Shown: positions 1-10,136, numbered from the stretch's first letter. The stretch is DNA of 17,984 nt from Octopus sinensis (GCF_006345805.1 NW_021824723.1:1-17984), one strand, 5' to 3'. Made by a program: numbers and translations. The notes: a model not told the origin generated them from the sequence alone.

Positions 1-170
1 ACACTTCGCCTCAATTTCTTCTGCGGTCACCTCGACACCTGACTCGCGGTACACTTGTGCACCTAATCAAACAACGTCAATTTGACGGACTAAGTTAGAT
101 AATGTACAGCCCATACAGTTGATCGCTATCAACAAACATGCTTTGGTTGGCCCCAGGCTATATTTCAAAA

Positions 171-375
171 TGTGACCTCGTGTGTACCGTTAGCGATTTT
201 TTTCCCTCTGTCTTCCCTTCTCTGGATCTTTCCTTCCCCTATGTTTCCGACGAAGAGCTCTGCTCGAAACGTTAAACCCTCCTTCTTTCCTTCTTTCCTG
301 AGCGTCCAATAATACTATATTTGTTCCACGTCCTTGCGTTGTTGTGTTTTTGGTGCTTTCTTGTTTGGATTAACT
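171..375 (+). mobile_element. Short hammerhead-motif-bearing repeat unit, copy 1 (Penelope-like pLTR-derived, non-autonomous; inferred)
   Basis: Near-identical direct repeat of 486-688. Contains the HHR-like motif at 243-277 and ends in TTGTTTGGATTAACT abutting (TA)n. Confidence 0.7.
243..277 (+). ncRNA. Minimal type-I hammerhead ribozyme-like motif (core variant CCGACGA)
   Basis: GTTT(243-246)-CCGACGA-A-GAGC/TCT/GCTC-GAA-ACGT-T-AAAC(274-277). Stem I is GTTT:AAAC, stem II GAGC:GCTC, and stem III is the palindrome ACGT. Predicted GUU cleavage site after 273. Confidence 0.6.
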
Positions 376-405
376 ATATATATATATATATGTGTGGTGT
401 GTATG

Positions 406-468
<63 letters not shown>

Positions 469-485
469 GTATATATGTGTGTGTG
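376..485. repeat. (TA)n/(TATG)n/(TG)n microsatellite spacer
   Basis: Directly visible simple repeats. Confidence 0.95.
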
Positions 486-688
486 TGTGACCTCGTGTGT
501 ACCGTTGGTGATTTTTTTCCCTCTGTCTTCCCTTCTCTGGATCTTTCCTTCTCCTATTTTTCCGACGAAGAGCTCCGCTCGAAACGTTAAACCCTCCTTC
601 TTTCCTTCTTTCCTGAGTGTCCAATAATACTATATTTGTTCCACGTTCTCGTGTTGTGTTTTTTTGTGTTTTCTTGTTTGGATTAACT
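486..688 (+). mobile_element. Short hammerhead-motif-bearing repeat unit, copy 2
   Basis: Direct repeat of 171-375 with scattered substitutions; offset 315 nt. Confidence 0.7.
558..592 (+). ncRNA. Minimal type-I hammerhead ribozyme-like motif, copy 2
   Basis: TTTT-CCGACGA(562-568)-A-GAGC/TCC/GCTC-GAA-ACGT-T(588)-AAAC. Stem I is reduced to 3 bp. Confidence 0.55.
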
Positions 689-798
689 TTATATTAGAAA
701 ACACTTGCCTATGGTGACGCCAACTGAAACCGAACCCGGAACCATATGGTTGGAAAGCAAGCTTCATACCACACACCCACGCCTGCGTCTATGTGTAT

Positions 799-829
<31 letters not shown>

Positions 830-896
830 CACACAAACACACACACGTATAATAAGATATAGATACATACATATATGAATGTAAATACATATATAA

Positions 897-953
897 TCTT
901 CACTCTTAGTGGTTTCAGTCGACGGATTTCGTCCATGCTGGAGCACTGCCCCC
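897..953 (-). mobile_element. SINE 3' tail fragment
   Basis: Reverse complement GGCAGTGCTCCAGCATGGACGAAATCCGTCGACTGAAACCACTAAGAG resembles the tail of the 7381-7768 copy (GGCGGTGCTCCAGCACGGCCGCAGTCAAATGACTGAAACAAGTAAAAGAG). Confidence 0.55.
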
Positions 954-1029
954 TAAAAATTAAAATAGGAAGCGCTTCACGAATTCGCGTGTGATTCTAT
1001 CTGAATGTATGTTTGTGGGGGTGCACCTA

Positions 1030-1050
1030 TGCATATATATATATATACAC

Positions 1051-1096
<46 letters not shown>

Positions 1097-1123
1097 GTAT
1101 ATATGTATATGTATGTATATATG

Positions 1124-1159
<36 letters not shown>

Positions 1160-1176
1160 CATGCAAACATACATGC

Positions 1177-1232
<56 letters not shown>

Positions 1233-1408
1233 ATATATACGATACGATCAATAGACCTGCTGGGTTGGAACATTCGCTATCAAAAATTGCAGATTCATAT
1301 CGTTTCAAATAACTATCATAGAAGACACAACTATGTTTGTATTCTCCTCATTTTATGGTCATATTATAAGCTTGTTTATATATGTATATATATGCATGTA
1401 TATATATG

Positions 1409-1442
<34 letters not shown>

Positions 1443-1444
1443 AC

Positions 1445-1499
<55 letters not shown>

Positions 1500-1741
1500 G
1501 TATATATATATGTATATATAAATATAAGTATATATGCATTTATGCATGTATATATATATATATATATGCATTCACACACAACATGCTATATATGTGTATA
1601 TACATATATCCCTAGAGTGAGTTTATGTACATGTATGAATATGCTATTACATACATATCAATAAAAACACCCACTTACATATACATACATATTATATGTA
1701 TGTTTGTGTATACATATATAGACATATAAATGTGTGATTGC

Positions 1742-1787
<46 letters not shown>

Positions 1788-2652
1788 ATATATGTATATA
1801 TATATATTAATATATATATACACCTGTAAGTATTATTTCTATGGCTACATAAATGTAGTATACACTTATGAATGTGTAGGTATATATATGTATGTATGTA
1901 TATATATATATTTGTGTGTGTGTGTGTGTGTGTGTCTGTTTGTGTGGTGCATGTAGATACCAGTGCATGCATATACTTATATACATGTCTTTTTATATTT
2001 CATATATATTTGTTTTTGTATATTTCTCCCCACCTCTCACTCCATCCCCTTCTCTCAGCATTCCTCATTATGCACACACAAACACGCGTACAGACACACA
2101 TACATACATACATACATACATACATACATACATACATACATACATACATGCATACATACATACATACACACATACATACATATATACATACACACATACA
2201 TACAAACGCACATACACACATACATACATACATACATACATGCATATATACATACATACACACACACGTACATACATACATAATACATACACACATACAC
2301 ACATACACACATACATACATGCATACATGCATACATACATGCACACATACATACTTACATACATACATACTTACATACAGACACACACACGTACATACAT
2401 ACATACATACATACTTACATACATACATTCATATATATAAGTGTGTATGCTTGTATGCACGTATGTATAACTTTATGCTTGATCATAATGGCTCTTACGG
2501 GACTAGTTTGTTAAGAACCATTATTTAAATAAATTAATACTTTTATACTACTTCATGTGGTTGGAGTTCAGTCCTTTAAAATTTCGATTTGGGGGTTCTG
2601 GGAGTGAGGCGGGGAACAGGTAGGCAACTCACACCCACACCCAACCAGCCAA

Positions 2653-2694
<42 letters not shown>

Positions 2695-2915
2695 GTTCGC
2701 GCGCACACACACACGCACACATTTACAAATATCGATTGATATGTATACCATTGCACGTAAGTATTTCGTTTGACATACCTCCATATCTTTCTGCCTTTTA
2801 TTGCTATGTAGCTATATATCTATCAATCCACTTTCTATCTCTCTTTCTTCTCTCTCTCTCTCTATGTATATATATTATATATATATATATATATATAATA
2901 TACATGTATGTTTGC

Positions 2916-2951
<36 letters not shown>

Positions 2952-3235
2952 TATATAGATATATAGATACATAGATAAATATGTATACATATATATGGGT
3001 GTACATATGTATATATGTATATATATATATATATATACATATGTATATATGTATGTATATGTAATATACATATATATACATATATACATATGCATATATA
3101 TGTATATTATATATATATATACATATATACATATGTATATATATGTGTGTGTATATATATATAATATATATATATTATATAATATATATATACATATACA
3201 TGTATGTATATGTATGTATATATATGTTTTACACA
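1030..3235. repeat. Compound microsatellite region: (TA)n, (TATG)n, (CA)n, (CATA)n block ~2085-2430, with short unique islands
   Basis: Directly visible. All YI/HT/VC-repeat ORFs here are read-through of simple repeats. Confidence 0.95.
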
Positions 3236-3799
3236 TGCATATATTTAAACACAATATTGTGAAATTAAGCGGAGAAAACTATATTCCCACCATCACATCA
3301 CCACCACCTCCACCGCCTCTACGATATAAAAAGAAAACCACCACAGCAACAACCAGAACAACAAAATATATACTTTGATACGAAAAAACAAGGATCAAAG
3401 AAAGCGTCACTGGAATTTATTGGCGACAATCGAAAGTTTTGCTCCAATAAAGCAGAAAATTTTGCCTCTGGTGTGGGCCGAAATGTTTTTTAAATGATGT
3501 ACGAATCAGCGAATCCATGTCTGGCAGACAATGGCGTTTGTTTTAATCATTTTCTATTTTGGCATTTGTTTCTTTTTGTTGTTGTTTTTATTTCCTTTTG
3601 TGTGCAATAATTTGCATATGCACGTGAAACTTGTTGCTAGTTGCGTTCGTGTGATACGATGAAATGGTTCCGCGTGTGATCCCTATTTTAAAGACGAGCA
3701 GCCTTTCCACTGGTTCGTGTGGGCCTCGGTTTAAAAAGACGTCAGGGAGATTGTTGTGAGGTATTGTTGTTACATTAAAGTCAAGTGGCTACATAGAAA

Positions 3800-5048
3800 C
3801 TCCCTCTCTGGTTCATGTGGTCCCTATTTTGAAGACTGTAAGGAATTTGTTGAGGGAGACATTTAATTATTACATTGAGTAAGGTCAAGGAACCACATAG
3901 AAGCTCCCTCTCTGGTTCATGTCGTCCCTATTTTGAAGACTGTAAGGAGTTTGTTGAGGGAGATATTTAATTATTACATTGAGTAAGGTCAAGGAACCAC
4001 ATAGAAGCTCCCTCTCTGGTTCATGTGGTCCCTATTTTGAAGGCTTAAGGAGTTTGTTGAGGGAGACATTTAATTATTACATTGAGTAAGGTCAAGGAAC
4101 CACATAGAAGCTCCCTTTCTGGTTCATGTGGTCCCTATTTTGAAGACTTAAGGAGTTTGTTGAGGGAGACATTTAATTGTTACATTGAGTAAGGTCAAGG
4201 AACCACATAGAAGCTCCCTCTCTGGTTCATGTGGTCCCTATTTTGAAGACTTAAGGAGTTTGTTGAGGGAGACATTTAATTATTACATTGAGTAAGGTCA
4301 AGGAACCACATAGAAGCTCCCTCTCTGGTTCATGTGGTCTCTATTTTGAAGACTGTAAGGAGTTTGTTGAGGGAGACATTTAATTATTACATTGAGTAAG
4401 GTCAAGGAACCACATAGAAGCTCCCTCTCTGGTTCATGTGGTCCCTATTTTGAAGACTTAAGGAGTTTGTTGAGGGAGACATTTAATTGTTACATTGAGT
4501 AAGGTCAAGGAACCACATAGAAACTCCCTCTCTGGTTCATGTGGTCCCTATTTTTAAGACTGTAAGGAGTTTGTTGAGGGAGACATTTAATTGTTACATT
4601 GAGTAAGGTCAAGGAACCACATAGAAGCTCCCTCTCTGGTTCATGTGGTCCCTATTTTGAAGACTTAAGGAGTTTGTTGAGGGAGACATTTAATTGTTAC
4701 ATTGAGTAAGGTCAAGGAACCACATAGAAGCTCCCTCTCTGGTTCATGTGGTCCCTATTTTGAAGACTTAAGGAGTTTGTTGAGGGAGACATTTAATTGT
4801 TACATTGAGTAAGGTCAATGAACCACATAGAAACTCCCTCTCTGGTTCATGTGGTCCCTATTTTGAAGACTGTAAGGAGTTTGTTGAGGGAGACATTTAA
4901 TTATTACATTGAGTAAGGTCAAGGAACCACATAGAAACTCCCTCTCTGGTTCATGTGGTCCCTATTTTGAAGACTGTAAGGAGTTTGTTGAGGGAGACAT
5001 TTAATTGTTACATTGAGTAAGGTCAAGGAACCACATAGAAGCTCCCTC
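3800..5048. repeat. Tandem satellite, 103/104-bp unit, 12 full copies plus degenerate upstream copies (~3664-3799)
   Basis: Units start (CTCCCT) at 3800, 3904, 4008, 4111, 4214, 4317, 4421, 4524, 4628, 4731, 4834, 4938, with a partial unit at 5042. Confidence 0.97.
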
Positions 5049-5134
5049 ATTGAATCAGGAGATTTGAACGCCTCCTTTTTAGACGAACATCCGGCAAGAG
5101 CCGACATGCGGATGGAATCCTTGTTTATTTTAAA

Positions 5135-5629
5135 CTAGCAGTATCGCCCGGCGTTGCTCGGGTTTGTAAGAGAAATAACTATATAAGCATTTTTAGAGAG
5201 TTATAGCCAAAAAATAGCAAAAAATGCATTAAAAATGGAAAAAAATTATGGTAATTTTTTTTAAATCGTTGACTCATCGTACACATTTTTAGAGAGTTAC
5301 TTCCCTTATATAATAGCGAAAAAAATGCATTAAAATGGAAAAAAAGATGGTAAATTTTTTTTAAATCGTTGACTCATCGTACACATTTTTAGAGAGTTAC
5401 TTCCCTTATATAATAGCGAAAAATGCATTAAAATGGAAAAAAATGATGGTAATTTTTTTTTTAATCGTAGACTCATCGTAGACGCGCGCTAATACCCAGA
5501 AGGGCTCGATATGAATCACGACTATAAGATACCCGGTTTTGGTTAAACTGCACCGCAAAATGTTGGAGTAGTTAGGAATCTAAATCGTAGGAGACAGACA
5601 GCACACAACCTCTCTTTTATATATAAAGA
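5135..5629 (-). mobile_element. Non-autonomous Helitron-type element (~495 bp)
   Basis: Minus-strand 5' end A|TCTTTATATATAAAAG at 5629. The 3' end has the hairpin CCCGAGCAACGCCGGG (5162-5147), 8 nt, then CTAG|T (5138-5135). Inserted between host A and T with no TSD, matching Helitron hallmarks. Confidence 0.8.
5188..5480. repeat. Three ~100-bp tandem repeats inside the Helitron
   Basis: CATTTTTAGAGAGTTA...ATGCATTAAAATGGAAAAAA.ATGGTAA...AATCGTTGACTCATCGTA occurs three times. Confidence 0.9.
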
Positions 5630-5889
5630 TTTCTTGCCAGTCTGTTCGGGTTGATGAATGACATAAGGTGCCACAAGAAGACCACTCGGAATTTTGTGTA
5701 GTTTTCCTTTTTAAAGTCGTTCACCAGCTCAAAGTACGGGTGTTTTTGCCCGCCCTTCTTACAACAAGTTATTCCGGCTCTTTGCAGACGCTGACCCTTT
5801 GCGAGTCTCAAAACGTGAAGCATGGTTCCCTTTAGAGTCAGTTTCGTCTCCCCTGCTATTCTCCAGTTTTTACCATTCGGTGTTTTCCT

Positions 5890-6240
5890 CCTACAACTAC
5901 TCGGCCCCGCTGTCGCCATTGCCGCAACATGAAGCGTGCCATTTTGTGTCCATACTATTGATCTAACCATCAAGGTCGACCCCTGTTTTTGTCTCTATGA
6001 ACCATGGTCGGAGAAACCAGTCAGAGGTGCGAGTTTCGCAAATCTCCAGTTTTCCATTGGAAAAACCCGTTTGTTCAGCAACTCCACTAATGTGAAGACG
6101 CAGGCTGGAAAGCAGAGCATTTTCCAATCGAAGTCGGATGTAGAGGGTTTGTTGGACACAGAGTGAGACGACTGTTGTTATGGTTAGGCCTAACTCATCG
6201 TAAAGTCAATACCACCATGACCGATATCCAAACTACAGTG
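5890..6240 (-). pseudogene. Possible degraded Ty3/Gypsy integrase N-terminal remnant
   Basis: Scattered short matches across frames: HCSLDIGHGGIDFTMS (GHxG zinc-binding-like), CSAFQPA, QWKTGDL, SMDTKW, GPSS. Many stops and frameshifts. Confidence 0.3.
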
Positions 6241-6491
6241 GAAGAAGGCTAGCCACTGGATTTGGTTAAAAAGAGACGATGAACGATGACTAGAAGAAAT
6301 TTGAGCTTTATTTGATAACCAGCTGATCTAGCAAGCGGGGACTCATATCAGTGAAGGGGGTGCGGTGTACGTTGATGCCGTCGAGAGGTAGGCCCCGAAA
6401 CAGTGCGCATTCTCTCCTGATGACCGCATACACTTGCTGGCTTCCGGTATGCGGAGTTTTTGACTAGTAGCACTTGCATGTGCAAGTTGTT

Positions 6492-6772
6492 TGCAAGACG
6501 TCTAATATGATTTTCCAATCTGTTCCTCCGTCCAGCTCGCTCTCCCTAGCTTGCTATAAACTTTAAACGCAGCTGCCGCGCACGTGTCACTCAACCGTCC
6601 TCCAGTCTTTTCCTCCGGTAGTTGATCTGCCTCATCCATTTCTAGGTAATAAGTTCAAAGGGCTTTCTTCTGGGTACAGCGGTGTGATACTGTCCCCATC
6701 CTCTACGCCCTGCAACTTCGAGATAAACCTTACTTTCTTCATCCAGGCCTCAGCATCATCTTCACCGGAAAA
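6492..6772 (-). pseudogene. Degraded Ty3/Gypsy-type gag fragment
   Basis: Manual translation with frameshifts: FSGEDDAEAWMKKVRFISKLQGVEDGDSITPLYPEE / YLEMDEADQL..GRLSDTCAAAAFKVYSKLGRASWTEEQ / NHIRRLA. This follows the F.G..D...W..KV......LPLYL.G.A..LY.EM...WT.E......IRRLA pattern recalled for invertebrate Gypsy Gag. Confidence 0.6.
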
Positions 6773-6843
6773 AAAGCATAAAGTATTTCGGAATAAATTA
6801 CTTGAGGTGTTCTTCCTTGTTTAGCACCAAAGATGCCCCAGAT

Positions 6844-7900
6844 GTGACCATCCTGTCTTTTATACAAACATAGTCTATCTAGGACTACATTATCAAATGT
6901 GTCCCTCCTTGGTATTGTTTTACCTCGTGGTCAATCTTGATCGAGTAGACCTCTGATCAACGATGTTCCAACTGTGACCATCCTGTCTTTTATACTGACC
7001 TGGTGTATCTAGGACTACATCATTTAATGTGCCCTTCCTCGCTGATGTTTAGTCCTATATCAGTCCAGATCCAGCAGGCCTATGATCAAAAATGTTCCAG
7101 TTCTGACCATCTCAACTTTATTCATAGTGTATCTAGGACTACATTGTCGTATGTGTCTTTTGTTCTTGTTGTAGTTGGTCACTCTCGATCCAGCTAACGT
7201 ATGATCAAAGAAAGATCCAGCTGTGACCATCTCAACTTTTATTCTGACATAGTGTATCTAGGACTACATTTTCTAAAGCGCCCTTCTTTCCTGTTGTTTA
7301 ACCCCAGGTCAGTCCCGATTCAGCAGACCAATGATCAAGGATGTTCTAGCTATGACCATCTCAACTTTTATTCAGACATAGGCGCAGGAGTGGTTGTGTG
7401 GTAAGTAGCTTGCTAACCGGGTTCAGTCCCATTGAGTGGCACCTTGGGCAAGTGTCTTCTGCTATAGCCTCGGGCAGACCAATACTTTGTGAGTGGATTT
7501 GGTAGACGGAAACTGAAAGAAGCCCATCGTATACATGTATATATATATGTGTGTATGTGTGTGTGTTTGTCCCCTTAGCATTGTTTGACAACCGATGCTG
7601 GTGTGTTTACGTCCCCGTCACTTAGTGGTTCGGCAAAAGAGACCGATAGAATGAGTACTGGGCTTACATAAGAATAAGTCCCGGGATCGATTTGCTCGAT
7701 TAAAAAGGCGGTGCTCCAGCACGGCCGCAGTCAAATGACTGAAACAAGTAAAAGAGTAAATGAGTATAGTCTATCTGGGACTACATTTTCGTATGTATCA
7801 TTTCTTCTTGTTGCATTTGTTTAGCCCCAGGTCTGTCCTAATCAAGCAGATCTACGATGAAAGATGCTCCAGCTGTGACCATCTCGACTTTCATTCAAGC
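6844..7900. repeat. Degenerate ~130-bp tandem repeat (5 units plus a partial), unit 5 interrupted by a SINE
   Basis: The TGACCATC...TATCTAGGACTACAT...GATCAA motif starts at 6844, 6974, 7103, 7223, 7352 and 7875. Unit lengths are 130, 129, 120, 129 and 135 (SINE removed). Confidence 0.85.
7381..7768 (+). mobile_element. Full-length tRNA-derived SINE (octopus OK/OR-like; CORE-like central motif) with internal microsatellite
   Basis: GGCGCAGGAGTGGTTGTGTGG head (A-box-like), GGTTCAGTCCC (B-box-like), CCTTGGGCAAGTGTC central motif, internal (TA/TG)n, and tail TGACTGAAACAAGTAAAAGAG. The flanks rejoin as GACATA|GTCTATCTGGGAC of the host repeat. Confidence 0.85.
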
Positions 7901-8029
7901 ATAATGCATCGAGAACAAGGTTACGCAAAGTGATGTCCTTCAATTGTAGAGAGCCGAAGCTTTGATCCCAAAGTGATTTAGCTGCTATTTCATGATGGCC
8001 GAGTGACTCTGTAGAAGCTGCACACTTGT

Positions 8030-8293
8030 CGCTGTTGTTGTTATTGTTGTGTATTTGTCATTACTGTTGTTGTTGTTGTTTGTTGTTGTCGTTGATGATG
8101 ATGATGTTGAGATTGTTATTCTCGCTGTAGCCATCTTTGTTGCTATTATTGTTGTTATTGGTTACGCTGTTGTTGTTGTTGTTGTTGTTGTTATTTATGT
8201 CGGTGTTCCTTCAAGAATTTTTCAAAAAATTTATCTTTATTGAAGGGATTAAAATAACTTTTTGTTTTGCTTTGTTGTTTTTTATTATTATTA

Positions 8294-8335
<42 letters not shown>

Positions 8336-8618
8336 TATTATTATTATTATTATTATTTATTATTATTATCATTATTATTATTTAGTATTATTATTATTAT
8401 TATTATTATTATTTATTATTATTATTATTATTTTAATAATTATTAATATTTATTATTATTATAATTATTATTATTATTATTATTATATTATTATTATTAT
8501 TGATTACTATTATTAGTATTATTATTATTATATTATTATATTATTTAGTATTATATTATATTATTATTTATTATTATTATTATTATTTATTATTATATTA
8601 TTATTATTATATTATTTC

Positions 8619-8654
<36 letters not shown>

Positions 8655-8957
8655 TATTATTAGTATCATTATTATTATTATATTATTATTATTATTATTA
8701 TTTGTTATTATTATATATTATTATTTATTATTATATCATATTTAGTATTATTATTATTATTTATTATTATTATTATATTATTATATTATTATTATTATTA
8801 ATTATGATTATTATTTATTATTATATAATATTTTATTATTATCTTTATTATTATTATTATTATGGTTTATTACTATTATTAGAGTATTATTATTATTATA
8901 TTATTACTTATATTATTATTTAGATATTAGTATTATTATTATTTATTATTATTATTA

Positions 8958-8993
<36 letters not shown>

Positions 8994-8996
8994 TTC

Positions 8997-9032
<36 letters not shown>

Positions 9033-9056
9033 TATTATTTAGTATTATTATTATTA

Positions 9057-9124
<68 letters not shown>

Positions 9125-9378
9125 CATTTTGATTCTTTGAATATTTCTCGGCTATTGATGATAACACTAAGATAATCCCTGGATTAAGCGGGGGCTTCTC
9201 TGACGTTACTTCCACATCAATGAAACTCTCTTCCCATACGTCTCGAACCTCCCCTCTCACTGTTCGCCCCTGTGGCAAATAAAAGAAACTATTATTACTA
9301 TCATCATCATCATCATCCTCATCATCATCATCATTATTATTATTATCATTATTATCATTATTATTATCATTATTATTA

Positions 9379-9418
<40 letters not shown>

Positions 9419-9609
9419 CATTATTATTATCATCATTATTATTATCATTATTATTATCATTATTATTATCATTATTATTATTATTATTAATATTACTGCT
9501 TATATTCTTGCTGCAATTGTTACTCATGACGTCATCCTCACCAGCGACATCATCATCATCATCATAACATCATCACCACCACCACCACCACCACCATCAT
9601 CACCACCAC

Positions 9610-9641
<32 letters not shown>

Positions 9642-9680
9642 CCACCACCATCATCATCACCAACATCATCATCGTCACTC
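8030..9680. repeat. Compound trinucleotide block: (GTT/GAT)n, imperfect (ATT)n ~8281-9125, (ATC/ATT)n, (CAT/CAC)n
   Basis: Directly visible. The poly-I/Y/L/N/H ORFs are artefacts. Confidence 0.95.
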
Positions 9681-9699
9681 AATCTACTGTAAGCGAACA

Positions 9700-9795
9700 T
9701 TGGATCTGCCGAGATCGTTAGAACCTTGGAAAAAAAAAACTGTTCCTCTGTAATATTTTTAAAACTTTACGCTTGCGTTCGAATCCACCAAGGTA
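9700..9795 (+). mobile_element. Possible degraded SINE head
   Basis: B-box-like GTTCGAATCC at 9777-9786 and upstream GGATCTGCCGAGATCGTTAG (A-box-like). No tRNA cloverleaf. Confidence 0.3.
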
Positions 9796-9938
9796 GTATG
9801 TGTCTCGTGCTATAATATTTGACGGCGATGGTGTAGACTATGAGCGTTGAGTTCTTTCTTTGGCCGCTCTCGTATATTTTCTCTCAACAGACAATTATTT
9901 ACATTTCAAAGAAGAAGTTGTTTTATTTCTTCTTAGCT

Positions 9939-10114
9939 TTGCGTATATCCGAAATCTTATTTGCGTATATCCGAAATTAGACTTGCGTATACTCGAAATT
10001 TTACCTAGATACTTCTAAAATTTGGTTTATGAATCCCCGAAATTTGACTAGCGTATATCCGAAATTGAATTCGGGTATGTCTGGAATTTGACTTGTATTT
10101 ATCTGAAATGACCT
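9939..10114. repeat. Eight-copy 22-bp minisatellite (TTGCGTATATCCGAAATTTGAC-like)
   Basis: Units start at 9939, 9961, 9983, 10005, 10027, 10049, 10071 and 10093. The 22-bp phase is exact despite substitutions. Confidence 0.85.
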
Positions 10115-10136
10115 TCTGTTCAGTTTTTGAATCCGG

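Larger units (their letters stand above)
110..789 (-). mobile_element. tRNA-derived SINE (5' half), split by the 165-689 insertion
   Basis: Minus strand 789->690 reads GACGCAGGCGTGGGTGTGTGGTATGAAGCTTGCTTTCCAACCATATGGTTCCGGGTTCGG...GGCAAGTGTTTTCTAATATA. It resumes at ~162->140 with TATAGCCTGGGGCCAACCAAAGC, colinear with intact copies at 7381 and 17795 (GGCAAGTGTCTTCTGCTATAGCCTCGGGC.GACCAA). Similarity fades towards ~110. Confidence 0.7.

Noticed and set aside
321-3378. Many ORFs rich in YI/HT/VC/MY
   Set aside because: Read-through of di- and tetranucleotide repeats that lack stops in some frames; no coding signal.
3800-5048. CRISPR-like regular array
   Set aside because: Units are near-identical along their whole length with no unique spacers; eukaryotic context, no cas genes.
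5936-6166. 76-aa + strand ORF
   Set aside because: Antisense to the retrotransposon remnant; no motif.
6417-6460. CTGATGA followed by the 8-bp stem CCGCATAC/GTATGCGG (hammerhead- or terminator-like)
   Set aside because: The stem is followed by AGTTTTT, not GAAA, and there is no stem I/III. It lies within the retrotransposon remnant, and intrinsic terminators are not expected here.
8049-9527. Poly-I/Y/L/N/H ORFs
   Set aside because: Trinucleotide-repeat artefacts; only the 9130-9290 island is complex and is treated separately.
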